Origin: Akkermansia sp.
GTDB taxonomy: Bacteria; Verrucomicrobiota; Verrucomicrobiia; Verrucomicrobiales; Akkermansiaceae
Length of the DNA stretch: 61,560 nucleotides
Assembly: GCA_045634905.1 (NCBI GenBank)
Contig: JAZRBC010000197.1
Span: 1 to 61,560 of the forward strand
Direction of reading: 5' to 3'
The notes beneath the pieces were generated by a model. That model was not told where the DNA came from and searched no databases. It was given only the letters and a program-made list of their open reading frames with translations. Of the stretch, positions 38,900 to 47,804 are shown piece after piece. The stretch's first letter is position 1; the number at the start of each line of letters is the position of its first letter. Made by a program: the position numbers and the translations under genes.

Positions 38900-40798
38900 A
38901 TGTCCGCAGCCATCCGCCTGCTCAAACCCCTCTCGTACTTCGAAGAAAAGTACGGGAATCCTGAGTGGGCATTCAACAAGCTTTTCCTCCTGCTGGAGAA
39001 GCAGCGCAACCGCGGTCAGGACGGTGCCGGGTTCGGCAGCATCAAGCTGAACATGCCGCTGGGTGAGCCCTACGTCTTCCGCTCCCGTGCGGTAGGCGGC
39101 TCTGCGCTCACAGATATCTTCACCACGCAGCAGCGCAACCTGCGCCACATGCGTGAGGACGGCATCATCGATGGCTCAGATGCCATCACCTTCAAAAAGC
39201 ACTTCAACTTCGGTGGTGAGGTGCTCATGGGGCACATGCTCTACGGCAGCAGCGGTGTGCAGTACGAAGAAGGCAACTGCCACCCCTTCCTGCGCCGCTC
39301 GAACTGGCCCACCCGCACCCTGATGCTGCAGGGCGACTACTCCATGACCAACGTGGAGGAGCTGCACGAGAAGCTCATGGCCCGCGGCCAGCACCCCGTG
39401 TTCGACACCAACACGCAGGCCATTCTGGAGGAAGTAGGCTACTACCTCGACGAAGCCCACACCGACAAATACCGCGAACTGCGCAAGCAGAACGTGGACG
39501 GCCGTGAGATTCCCCAGATTATCTCTGCTGAGCTCAACCTCTTCGACGTGATTGGCAAAGCCAGCAAAGACTGGGACGGCGGTTATGTCATCATGGGTGC
39601 CGTAGGCAACGGCGACTTCTTCTGCCTGCGCGACCCGCACGGCATCCGCCACTGCTACTACATCCATACGGATGAGTTCATCGCCATTGCCAGCGAGCGG
39701 GCTCCGCTCATGAGCGTCATGGAGGTGGACGAAGACCAGGTGCACGAGCTGTCCGCGGCTAACATGATTCTCGTGAAGGCCGATGGTCAGGTGAGCATCA
39801 AGGAGTACACCACTCCCGGCAAGTTCACCCCCTGCTGCTTCGAGGATATCTACACCTCCCGCGGCAACGACCCCGTCATCTACCGCGAGCGCAAGGCCCT
39901 GGGTGCCAACCTTACGGAACAAGTCGTGGCCAGCCTTGATAAGGATGACTTCTCCAAGGCGGCCATCACCTTCATCCCCAACACGGCCGAAGTCTCCTAC
40001 TACGGTCTGCTGGAGGGTCTGCGCGCCTACCGCCGCAACAAGGTGACCCAGGCCATGGTGGATGCTTTCCGCAACGGCACCATGAGCGAGGAGCTCATCA
40101 ATGAGCTCATTCTCCGCCGCTGGCCCCCCGCTGAAAAGATTGCCCACAAGGACATCAAGCTCCGCACCTTCATTTCGGAAGCCAGCAGCCGCAAGCAGAT
40201 GGCCTCCATGGTGTATGACCTGACCTACGGTGCCGTGGGTGAGGACGAAGTGCTCGTGGCCATTGACGACTCCATTGTCCGCGGCACCACGCTCAAGATG
40301 AGCCTGCTGCGCCTGCTCGCCCGTACCAAGGCGCGCAAGATTGTCATCGTATCCTCCGCACCGCAGGTGCGCTACCCGGACTTCTACGGTATCGACATGT
40401 GCGAAATGGGGCAGTTTGTTGCCTTCCTTGCCGCCATTAACCTGCTGCACCGCAAGGGGCTCTCCAACATCGTGACCGATGTGTACAACGAGTGCCGCTA
40501 CCAGCTCACCCAGCCTGCAGAGAAACGCACCAACCCGGTGCGCCGCATCTACAGCAGCCTGACGGACGACGAAATCACCGCCGAAATCTCCCGTATGGTC
40601 ACGCCCGAGGATTCTCCCTGTGAAATCCAGTGCGTATACCAGACGCTGGAAGGCCTGCACAGCGCCATCGAAGCTCCCTGCGGAGACTGGTACTTCAGCG
40701 GCCACTATCCCACCCCCGGTGGTTATACCCTCATCAACAAAACCTACATCGAATGGTACGAAAAGACCCGCGGCATCGTGGGTGAGTTCGTGCTGTAA
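38900..40798 (+). CDS. purF: Amidophosphoribosyltransferase (long type) lacking N-terminal Cys
   Basis: NRGQDGAG, RDPHGIR, FEDIYTSRG, IDDSIVRGTT PRPP motif, RYPDFYGIDM; next to purM. Confidence 0.9.
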   Translation: MSAAIRLLKPLSYFEEKYGNPEWAFNKLFLLLEKQRNRGQDGAGFGSIKLNMPLGEPYVFRSRAVGGSALTDIFTTQQRNLRHMREDGIIDGSDAITFKKHFNFGGEVLMGHMLYGSSGVQYEEGNCHPFLRRSNWPTRTLMLQGDYSMTNVEELHEKLMARGQHPVFDTNTQAILEEVGYYLDEAHTDKYRELRKQNVDGREIPQIISAELNLFDVIGKASKDWDGGYVIMGAVGNGDFFCLRDPHGIRHCYYIHTDEFIAIASERAPLMSVMEVDEDQVHELSAANMILVKADGQVSIKEYTTPGKFTPCCFEDIYTSRGNDPVIYRERKALGANLTEQVVASLDKDDFSKAAITFIPNTAEVSYYGLLEGLRAYRRNKVTQAMVDAFRNGTMSEELINELILRRWPPAEKIAHKDIKLRTFISEASSRKQMASMVYDLTYGAVGEDEVLVAIDDSIVRGTTLKMSLLRLLARTKARKIVIVSSAPQVRYPDFYGIDMCEMGQFVAFLAAINLLHRKGLSNIVTDVYNECRYQLTQPAEKRTNPVRRIYSSLTDDEITAEISRMVTPEDSPCEIQCVYQTLEGLHSAIEAPCGDWYFSGHYPTPGGYTLINKTYIEWYEKTRGIVGEFVL

Positions 40799-40892
40799 GA
40801 TACCCATCCTGCCCGCCGGGGCGGGGAACACCGCCAAGGTACCCCGCCCCCCCCGGCAGGAAAAAGCCCAACCCACCCTATGCCCTACCACC

Positions 40893-41495
40893 ATGAACGA
40901 AGCCTCCAGAGAATCGCATGCAGACGTGCCGGACGAGCAGCTCATTGAGCAGACGCTTGCCGGGCGAACCCGCGCATACGATGAACTCATCCGGCGCCAC
41001 AGCCGCAAGCTCAACGCCATGCTTATCCAGATGCTCAACAGTGAAGCAGATGCCTACGATGTAGCGCAGGAATCCTTCCTGAAAGCATTTCATTCCCTGC
41101 GTTATTTCAAGGGTAACAGCTCATTCTATACCTGGCTCTATTCCATCGCCCTGAACAACGCCCGCAACTTTCTTCGCAAACGCAAGCGCGAACGCAGTTT
41201 CAGCCTTGATAACGATGAGAACGGCAACCCGCTCGAAAAAGATGCCGAGCTGGCAGATGCCAATCTGGAGTCAGACCCCGTGCGCAAAGCACAGGTGAAA
41301 GACCTGCGCAGCAAGCTGGCTCGCGCCATTTCCCAGCTCTCCCCTGCCCACCAGGAAGTCGTGAATCTCTGCGATATCCAGGGCCTCTCCTACCCTCAGA
41401 TTGCCAAGCTCATCAACATCTCCGAAGGCACCCTGCGCTCCCGCCTTCACTACGCCCACCGCCAGCTTCAGGGGTTGCTGGCCGATGAGGTTTGA
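40893..41495 (+). CDS. ECF sigma-70 factor
   Basis: DVAQESFLKAF, FYTWLYSIALN, GLSYPQIA, GTLRSRLHYA. Confidence 0.93.
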   Translation: MNEASRESHADVPDEQLIEQTLAGRTRAYDELIRRHSRKLNAMLIQMLNSEADAYDVAQESFLKAFHSLRYFKGNSSFYTWLYSIALNNARNFLRKRKRERSFSLDNDENGNPLEKDAELADANLESDPVRKAQVKDLRSKLARAISQLSPAHQEVVNLCDIQGLSYPQIAKLINISEGTLRSRLHYAHRQLQGLLADEV

Positions 41496-41508
41496 GTTTT
41501 CCCGCGCT

Positions 41509-41835
41509 ATGAAACGTCTGCTTCTCATAGCCACCTGCATTCTCTGTGCCTGTTCCGACGTCATTGAAGTAGCCCCCGACTGGTTGGAAAACAGCCTTGC
41601 CATAGATTGCAGTCAGCTGGAGATTGCAGATGCTGCGCATCACCTGGATTACGGAATCGTTACCGTGTCGCTCAAGCAGCATCCGGGAACAGATTTCTGG
41701 GCTGCTCTGGAAAAGGCGGGCTGGCAGAAGCAGAACCGCGATGGCTCCGCACGCTGGATAAACGATAAAATCACCCTGGAATATCTCGAATCAGAGAAAG
41801 TTCTCCATTTCAGAGTTCTCCACAGCGCAAATTGA
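41509..41835 (+). CDS. Small lipoprotein
   Basis: MKRLLLIATCILCAC lipobox. Confidence 0.65.
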   Translation: MKRLLLIATCILCACSDVIEVAPDWLENSLAIDCSQLEIADAAHHLDYGIVTVSLKQHPGTDFWAALEKAGWQKQNRDGSARWINDKITLEYLESEKVLHFRVLHSAN

Positions 41836-41892
41836 GAAGCGGAGAATGGCACGCCTGCCGGTCACGGATGATGACTGTTTGACCATGAATTC

Positions 41893-41923
41893 AAAAAGCC
41901 TGCCTCCATCTCGGGAGGCAGGC
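41893..41923 (-). terminator. Intrinsic terminator for rplY (possibly bidirectional)
   Basis: gcctgcctcc-atctcg-ggaggcaggc preceded by A5 on plus strand. Confidence 0.75.
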
Positions 41924-41951
41924 CTTTCAAATAGATTTGTTCCGCTAAGAA

Positions 41952-42506
41952 TCAGGGCTTGATTACGGAAGCCAGCACCACGGTACCGTTGAAGGGAGTG
42001 GTCACGTTGGCGGGCATCGTCACCTGAGCCAGACGGAAGGATTCCTTCATGCCTACGTTGGTGATGTCGGCCTGGATGCAGCAGGGGATATCCTTCACAG
42101 CGCACTTCACGGGCATTTCGTGCACAATCTGGTGCACCACACCACCCATGGCGGTACCCACGGGAGTACCCACAAGCTTCACCTGCACGCGGGTCTTCAC
42201 CACAGTGTCGGGAGTCACGGCGCAGAAGTCAACATGGTTCAGGGAGTCGGTCAGCCAGTTGCGCTGCACGTCCTTCACCAGAGTCAGGATGGTCTGACCG
42301 TCGAGGTCGAGGTTCACGAGAATGGAGTCAGTATCCACAGAAGCGAAGAGGGCGCGCACGTCGGCAGCCTTGATCTGCACGTTGATGTTGCCTTCCACAG
42401 CAGCACCGTACACCACGCCGGGCAGGAAACCCTGAGCACGCAGGGCGTTGAGCTTACCGGTACCGATGGCCTCGCGCTTCGTGGCCTTGAGGGAATATGT
42501 CGTCAT
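41952..42506 (-). CDS. rplY: 50S ribosomal protein L25 / Ctc
   Basis: LRAQGFLPGVVYG, VKDVQR, HVDF, GTPVG..GG, DIP..I.ADIT. Confidence 0.93.
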   Translation of the reverse strand: MTTYSLKATKREAIGTGKLNALRAQGFLPGVVYGAAVEGNINVQIKAADVRALFASVDTDSILVNLDLDGQTILTLVKDVQRNWLTDSLNHVDFCAVTPDTVVKTRVQVKLVGTPVGTAMGGVVHQIVHEMPVKCAVKDIPCCIQADITNVGMKESFRLAQVTMPANVTTPFNGTVVLASVIKP

Positions 42507-42624
42507 AGTTGTATTTCTTTCTATGTCTTGAAATTGTGGTTTGTTTGGAGTTCTTCCGACGTCGGTGCGCTTGCGTCACCCGCCGGGTGGTCTCACCATG
42601 CCAGCGAAAGCAAGGTGGACGCAC

Positions 42625-42652
42625 AGAATACGCTTTATTTCGGAAAAGTCAA
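42625..42652 (-). promoter_or_regulatory. Promoter for rplY
   Basis: TTGACT-16-TATTCT on minus strand. Confidence 0.6.
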
Positions 42653-42682
42653 GCGAATTCAGCCAAACCTGCCAGTTTTCGC

Positions 42683-42711
42683 TTGAAAAATGAGTCATTT
42701 ATCTCTAAAAT
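42683..42711 (+). promoter_or_regulatory. Promoter for small lipoprotein, near-leaderless
   Basis: TTGAAA-17-TAAAAT; ATG 8 nt later. Confidence 0.6.
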
Positions 42712-42719
42712 GCCGCGGT

Positions 42720-42899
42720 ATGCGATTATTTCTACTGAATGCAGCACTAATGAGTCTGGCGCTGAGCGGGTGTCAGCAGCTTTCCCAGCAGGTTGTCGAG
42801 CCTGTACCGCCCCCTGCCCCGGAGACACTCTGCAAACCGCTGCCGCCGGAGCTGCAGCCGTACTATACCCTGCCCGCACCCCGTGAACCACGCGGCTGA
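42720..42899 (+). CDS. 59-aa Pro-rich lipoprotein
   Basis: MRLFLLNAALMSLALSGC lipobox; own promoter. Confidence 0.65.
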   Translation: MRLFLLNAALMSLALSGCQQLSQQVVEPVPPPAPETLCKPLPPELQPYYTLPAPREPRG

Positions 42900-42966
42900 C
42901 CGGTTCACGTCAACACATGCGATTTTCATTGACAACCACAACAATTTTTCATAATATCTCCGCACC

Positions 42967-43293
42967 ATGAAGAAGCGACTCCGCAAGAAATACCGCGTCG
43001 GGGAGTTCCAGGAACTCTGCTTTGAATTCACCTTTGAATACAAGGGCGACGTAGCCGCCACCGAGTGTGAGCAGTTCCTGCATGCCCTCATTGAGGAATG
43101 CATCGAGGCCAACGGCCTGGATTGCGAAGGCAATATCACGGACGACGGCTGCAGCATCATTGCCAAGGCTGTGGATCCCACCCAGACCAGCAATGCACAG
43201 CGCGAAGCAGTAAAAGCCTGGCTCGAAGCCCGCAGCGATGTGGAAATCAAGAGCTTCGGCGAACTGCAGGATGCCTGGTACTCCTGCTGCTGA
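42967..43293 (+). CDS. yggL: YggL (DUF469) family 50S-binding protein
   Basis: RLRKKYRVGEFQEL.F, IEANGL, QREAVKAWL, ELQDAWY. Confidence 0.9.
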   Translation: MKKRLRKKYRVGEFQELCFEFTFEYKGDVAATECEQFLHALIEECIEANGLDCEGNITDDGCSIIAKAVDPTQTSNAQREAVKAWLEARSDVEIKSFGELQDAWYSCC

Positions 43294-43367
43294 TTGATAC
43301 CAGTTTCAGAAATGGCCATGGCAGACGGCCTTGTAGTCTGCCCGACACCTTCTTTATATAATTCAGA

Positions 43368-44516
43368 ATGAACGAGAACGAGCCCACGCAGAAGAAGCAG
43401 GTCATTTACGCCAAGGGACTCAAAGGCGTGATTGCCACGGAGACAGGTCTGAGCGACGTGCGCGGTGAAGAGGGACACCTCCTCTACTGCGGTTATGAGA
43501 TTGAAGACCTGGTGGATCTTTGCAGTTTCACCGAAATCATCTACCTTCTCCTCAATAAACGACTTCCCAACCGCGAGGAACTGGAAGGTCTGCAGCAGCG
43601 CCTTCGCAATGACCGCGAACTCCCGCAGCCGATTCTCGACTTCTTCAAGACAGCCACCAAGACGGCACGCCCCATGAGTGCCCTGCGCACCGCCGTTTCC
43701 ATGCTCGGCATGTACGACGACCGCACCAAGGACCCCAGCCAGATGAAGGAAATCGGCCTCTCGCTCATTGCGAAGCTGCCGGTCATGGCCGCCTACTACT
43801 ACCGCATCTGCCAGGGGCTGGACCTGCCCCCCATCCGCACCGACCTGGGTGAGGCAGAGCACTTCCTGTGGCTGCTCAAAGGCACCGAGCCCGACCCGGC
43901 CGAAGCCCATATTCTGGATGTAGCCTATATTCTGCATGCGGACCACGGCATGAATGCTTCCACCTTCTCCGCCCGCGTGACCGCTTCCACTCTGTCGGAC
44001 ATGTACTCGGCCATCACGGCAGCTATCGGCTCACTGAAAGGCCCGCTGCATGGCGGTGCCAACGAAGCCGTTATCGAAATGCTCAAGGAGATCGGAGAGG
44101 AAGAGAATGTGGAGGAATACATCAACCGCAAACTGGCCAACAAGGAAAAGATTTTCGGCATAGGCCACCGCGTGTACCGCACGCTCGACCCCCGCGCTCC
44201 GCTCCTGCGACGCATCGCCATCCGCCTTACCCAGACCATCGGTGAACCCAAGTGGATTCGAATGAGCGACCGCATCGCCAAGATTATGCGTGCCCGCAAG
44301 AACCTCAACGCGAATGTAGACTTCTACTCCGCCACGGTGTACTACAGTCTGGGCATCCCGACCCGCATGTTCACCACGCTGTTCGCCATAGCACGAGTGG
44401 CCGGCTGGGTGGCACAGATTCTGGAGCAGCTGGAGGACAACACCCTCTACCGCCCGCTGGCAGCCTACAAGGGACCGGATGCCCCCTTGCTGGTGCCCAT
44501 GATTGACATGCGATAA
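43368..44516 (+). CDS. gltA: Citrate synthase (short type)
   Basis: HADHGMNASTF, GPLHGGAN, GIGHRVY, DPRA, NVDFYS, ARVAGW. Confidence 0.93.
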   Translation: MNENEPTQKKQVIYAKGLKGVIATETGLSDVRGEEGHLLYCGYEIEDLVDLCSFTEIIYLLLNKRLPNREELEGLQQRLRNDRELPQPILDFFKTATKTARPMSALRTAVSMLGMYDDRTKDPSQMKEIGLSLIAKLPVMAAYYYRICQGLDLPPIRTDLGEAEHFLWLLKGTEPDPAEAHILDVAYILHADHGMNASTFSARVTASTLSDMYSAITAAIGSLKGPLHGGANEAVIEMLKEIGEEENVEEYINRKLANKEKIFGIGHRVYRTLDPRAPLLRRIAIRLTQTIGEPKWIRMSDRIAKIMRARKNLNANVDFYSATVYYSLGIPTRMFTTLFAIARVAGWVAQILEQLEDNTLYRPLAAYKGPDAPLLVPMIDMR

Positions 44517-44524
44517 TAGATTTC

Positions 44525-44556
44525 GCCCCGCTTTCCGGAAGAAAGCGGGGCTTTTT
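44525..44556 (+). terminator. Intrinsic terminator after gltA
   Basis: gccccgctttc-cggaa-gaaagcggggc plus T5. Confidence 0.8.
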
Positions 44557-44574
44557 ATCTGTTCAGAACATGTG

Positions 44575-45705
44575 TTATTCCACCATACCGGTATCAGGCA
44601 TAGGCTCGGGCTCCAGATACTGAAGATGAGGAGCCAGGATAAAAGCCAGATACTGCTCATGCGTAGCGTAAAGCGGGAAACTCAGGAGGAGAGCCTCGGC
44701 TGAGGCAGAAGCAGCGGCGCTCTGACCTTCCTCCATAACCGCACCGGAATCATGAGCAGCCACCGCTGCATCGACATACATCCGCCAGGCGTTTTCCGCC
44801 TCCAGGAAATACTTCTTTGAGAGCTCCTGAACTGCAGCATAGTGCGATTGCTCTACTGCGCCGGGAAGCGGCACTCCGGAAACAAGCGCACTTCCCCGCT
44901 CAGTGCCGAAACACTCGCAGATCTGCTGAGCACAGAGGTTCAGATACCCCAGCCACAATCGGGTGGCACGGGTAGCAGCCTCTGCACGGGCTGCATCAGT
45001 GTGAGCACTTTCATGCGCCAGCTCGTGCACCATGAGCGGGGCCACCGGAGTGCTCAGCAGCTCATCTTCATCACCGGCGTGCAGGTCAACCGTACCTTCC
45101 TCGGCTTCCTCACTGCCCTGTGGATGCGCTTTATGCGGATGCTCCTCCTCCTGCTCCTCATTTTCCAATCCCCAGGGGACAGCAAAGAGAATACTCTGAA
45201 AATCCTGTCTGAACTCACGGCGCAGCTCATTGCAGAAATGGCGTGCGCTGCTCTTCACGGTATCCGAATCGAGCGAGCACGCAGCTATACCCAGCTGAGC
45301 CATCACAAAACGCATCTGCGCCTCATAACATTGCCGCGCTGCATTCAGCATGTTCTGGGCTGCAGCACGGGTTCTGAGCCGCTCCTCAGCATCGGCCTCA
45401 TTTGCCTGCTGCCAGAGATTCAGCACGGCATCCACCTCAGCCTGCAGCTCATTCCAGAAACGCTTATCGTCCTCCGAGGGTCCGGTATAACCACGGCGCG
45501 CCGCTTCCAGCCTGCGGCGACAGGCGGCTCGCTCCATCGCCACCGCTTTTTTCTCGGCAGCGTTGCGGGCGTTGCGCTCGCGGGCATTCAGGTAGTTGTT
45601 GAAATCAGCCAGACGGTCAGCATAGAACTGAGCCACAGCATCCTGCTGCCCCAGGGCCGCAGGGGCCAGAGCAAAGGCCATGAGCATGTGGTAGATTCTA
45701 TGCAT
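44575..45705 (-). CDS. Secreted helical hypothetical protein
   Basis: Signal peptide ([11 protein letters not shown]); promoter TTGCCT-16-TAGACT 6 nt before ATG 45705. Confidence 0.7.
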   Translation of the reverse strand: MHRIYHMLMAFALAPAALGQQDAVAQFYADRLADFNNYLNARERNARNAAEKKAVAMERAACRRRLEAARRGYTGPSEDDKRFWNELQAEVDAVLNLWQQANEADAEERLRTRAAAQNMLNAARQCYEAQMRFVMAQLGIAACSLDSDTVKSSARHFCNELRREFRQDFQSILFAVPWGLENEEQEEEHPHKAHPQGSEEAEEGTVDLHAGDEDELLSTPVAPLMVHELAHESAHTDAARAEAATRATRLWLGYLNLCAQQICECFGTERGSALVSGVPLPGAVEQSHYAAVQELSKKYFLEAENAWRMYVDAAVAAHDSGAVMEEGQSAAASASAEALLLSFPLYATHEQYLAFILAPHLQYLEPEPMPDTGMVE

Positions 45706-45846
45706 GCACACAGTCTACCACATGCCCCGGCCAAGGCAAGGAAAAAGCCCGGAATCATCCTGAATCTGTGGCATACGCGGCAGTATGCAGCATTTCTCAC
45801 TTTCCCGCACCTGCGCGATGTGCTAGAGTTGCCATCAACACACGTT

Positions 45847-46458
45847 ATGGACACCCCTAAAAACTACTACATACCCACCGTCATCGAGAAGACGAGCCAG
45901 GGCGAGCGCGCCTACGACATCTATTCCCGCCTCCTGCTCGACCGCGTCATCTTCATCGGCACCGAAATTGACGACACCGTGGCCAACTCCGTGATTGCCC
46001 AGCTGCTTTTCCTGCAGATGACTGACCCGAAAAAGGATATACATATCTACATCAATTCCCCCGGTGGTTCCGTAACGGCTGGTCTGGCTATCTACGACAC
46101 CATGCAGTTTGTCTCTTGCGATATCAATACCTACTGCATCGGTATCGCAGCCAGCATGGCCTCTGTACTACTGGCGGCCGGCACCAAAGGCAAGCGCTTC
46201 TGCCTGCCGAACTCCCACGTGATGATTCACCAGGTGCGCGGTGGTGCCCAGGGCACTGCAGCAGATGTGGAACGCACCATCAAGTTCATGTTCAGCCTGG
46301 ATAAGCGACTCACGGGCATCCTTTCCCAGCACACCGGCAAGGATTTCGACACCGTGAAGCAGGACCAGGACCGCGACAACTACATGACCGCCGAGGAATC
46401 CCTCGCCTACGGTCTGGTGGACCGCATCCTGGAGCACACGCCCGCACAGAAGAAGTAA
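45847..46458 (+). CDS. clpP: ATP-dependent Clp protease proteolytic subunit
   Basis: DIYSRLL, YINSPGG, AASM, MIHQ, DRDNYM; real part of the 538-aa ORF-track entry. Confidence 0.97.
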   Translation: MDTPKNYYIPTVIEKTSQGERAYDIYSRLLLDRVIFIGTEIDDTVANSVIAQLLFLQMTDPKKDIHIYINSPGGSVTAGLAIYDTMQFVSCDINTYCIGIAASMASVLLAAGTKGKRFCLPNSHVMIHQVRGGAQGTAADVERTIKFMFSLDKRLTGILSQHTGKDFDTVKQDQDRDNYMTAEESLAYGLVDRILEHTPAQKK

Positions 46459-46473
46459 CCCGACCTGCCCTCA

Positions 46474-47802
46474 ATGGCCAAGAAAACCAAAATCTGTTCC
46501 ATCTGCGGCGGCGCCGAGAACGATGGGCGGCCTATGCTCTCGCTGGAAGGCACCCACATCTGCTACCAATGCGTGGAAGGCATGACCTACCACATGTTCC
46601 GCTCTGAAATGGGAGATGTGGCAGCGGACCGCATACTCGCCCTCATCAAGGGCACGCATCCGGAGCTGCTGCCGCAGGATAAGGCAGATGACTCCCCCGT
46701 ACTGGAGGTGCAGACCATCGACCAGGATGCCCTGCCCACCCCTGAGCAGATGCACAAGATGCTCGATGCCTACGTCATCGGCCAGGAGCGGGCCAAGCGC
46801 ACGCTCTGCGTAGCGGTGTACAACCACTACCTGCGCCTGCGCCAGCCCAAGACAGATGACGGCGTGGAAATCGAAAAGAGCAACATTCTCATGGCTGGTT
46901 CCACCGGCAGCGGCAAGACCCTGCTGGCCAAGACCCTGGCCCGGATTCTGGATGTTCCCTTCTGCATCGTGGATGCCACCACTCTGACGGAGGCCGGCTA
47001 CGTGGGCGAGGATGTGGAAAATATCGTACTGCGCCTGCTCCAGGCTGCCGATATGAATGTGGCCAAGGCCGAGCGCGGTATCATCTACGTGGACGAAATC
47101 GATAAGATTGGCCGCAAGACGCAGAATGTGAGCATCACCCGCGACGTATCGGGCGAAGGCGTGCAGCAGGCGCTGCTCAAGATTGTGGAAGGCACGGAAT
47201 GCAATATACCGCCCAAGGGGGGCCGCAAGCACCCGAATGAGCAGTATATCCGCGTGAACACGGAGAACATCCTCTTCATCTGCGGCGGTGCTTTCGTGGG
47301 GCTGGAAGGCATCATCCGCAAGCGCATCGGCTCCTCCGCCATGGGCTTTGCCGCGGTAGAGGAAGACCGAGACGCCAAGGAATACACCGAAGAGGAGATT
47401 CTCTCCAAGGCTATGCCGGAAGACTTCTTCATGTTCGGCATGATTCCCGAGCTCATGGGGCGTCTGCCTATCTTCACCCCGCTTACCACCCTCACGGAGG
47501 AGCAGCTCATGCACCTGCTTACCGAGCCGAAGAATGCTCTAGTGAAGCAGTATACCAAGCTCATGGCCATGAACAACGCCAGGCTGAAGGTAGAAGAAGC
47601 AGCCCTGCGCGCCATGGCAAAGCAGGCCATCGAGCGTGGCACGGGGGCACGCGCCCTGCGTGGTATCTTCGAGAACCTGATGCTGGATGTCATGTACAAG
47701 GTGCCCAGCGACAAGACCATTGATACCGTGACCATCACCGAGGATGTGGTGCTGGGCAAGGCCGAACCGAAAATCAAACGCCGCAAGGCAAGCAGTAAGT
47801 AA
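46474..47802 (+). CDS. clpX: Clp protease ATP-binding subunit
   Basis: C4 zinc domain, [37 protein letters not shown]. Confidence 0.97.
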   Translation: MAKKTKICSICGGAENDGRPMLSLEGTHICYQCVEGMTYHMFRSEMGDVAADRILALIKGTHPELLPQDKADDSPVLEVQTIDQDALPTPEQMHKMLDAYVIGQERAKRTLCVAVYNHYLRLRQPKTDDGVEIEKSNILMAGSTGSGKTLLAKTLARILDVPFCIVDATTLTEAGYVGEDVENIVLRLLQAADMNVAKAERGIIYVDEIDKIGRKTQNVSITRDVSGEGVQQALLKIVEGTECNIPPKGGRKHPNEQYIRVNTENILFICGGAFVGLEGIIRKRIGSSAMGFAAVEEDRDAKEYTEEEILSKAMPEDFFMFGMIPELMGRLPIFTPLTTLTEEQLMHLLTEPKNALVKQYTKLMAMNNARLKVEEAALRAMAKQAIERGTGARALRGIFENLMLDVMYKVPSDKTIDTVTITEDVVLGKAEPKIKRRKASSK

Positions 47803-47804
47803 GT

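Noticed and set aside
44842-45846. 538-aa ClpP with a long N-terminal extension
   Set aside because: The extension is antisense to the 44575-45705 gene; ClpP homology begins at ATG 45847
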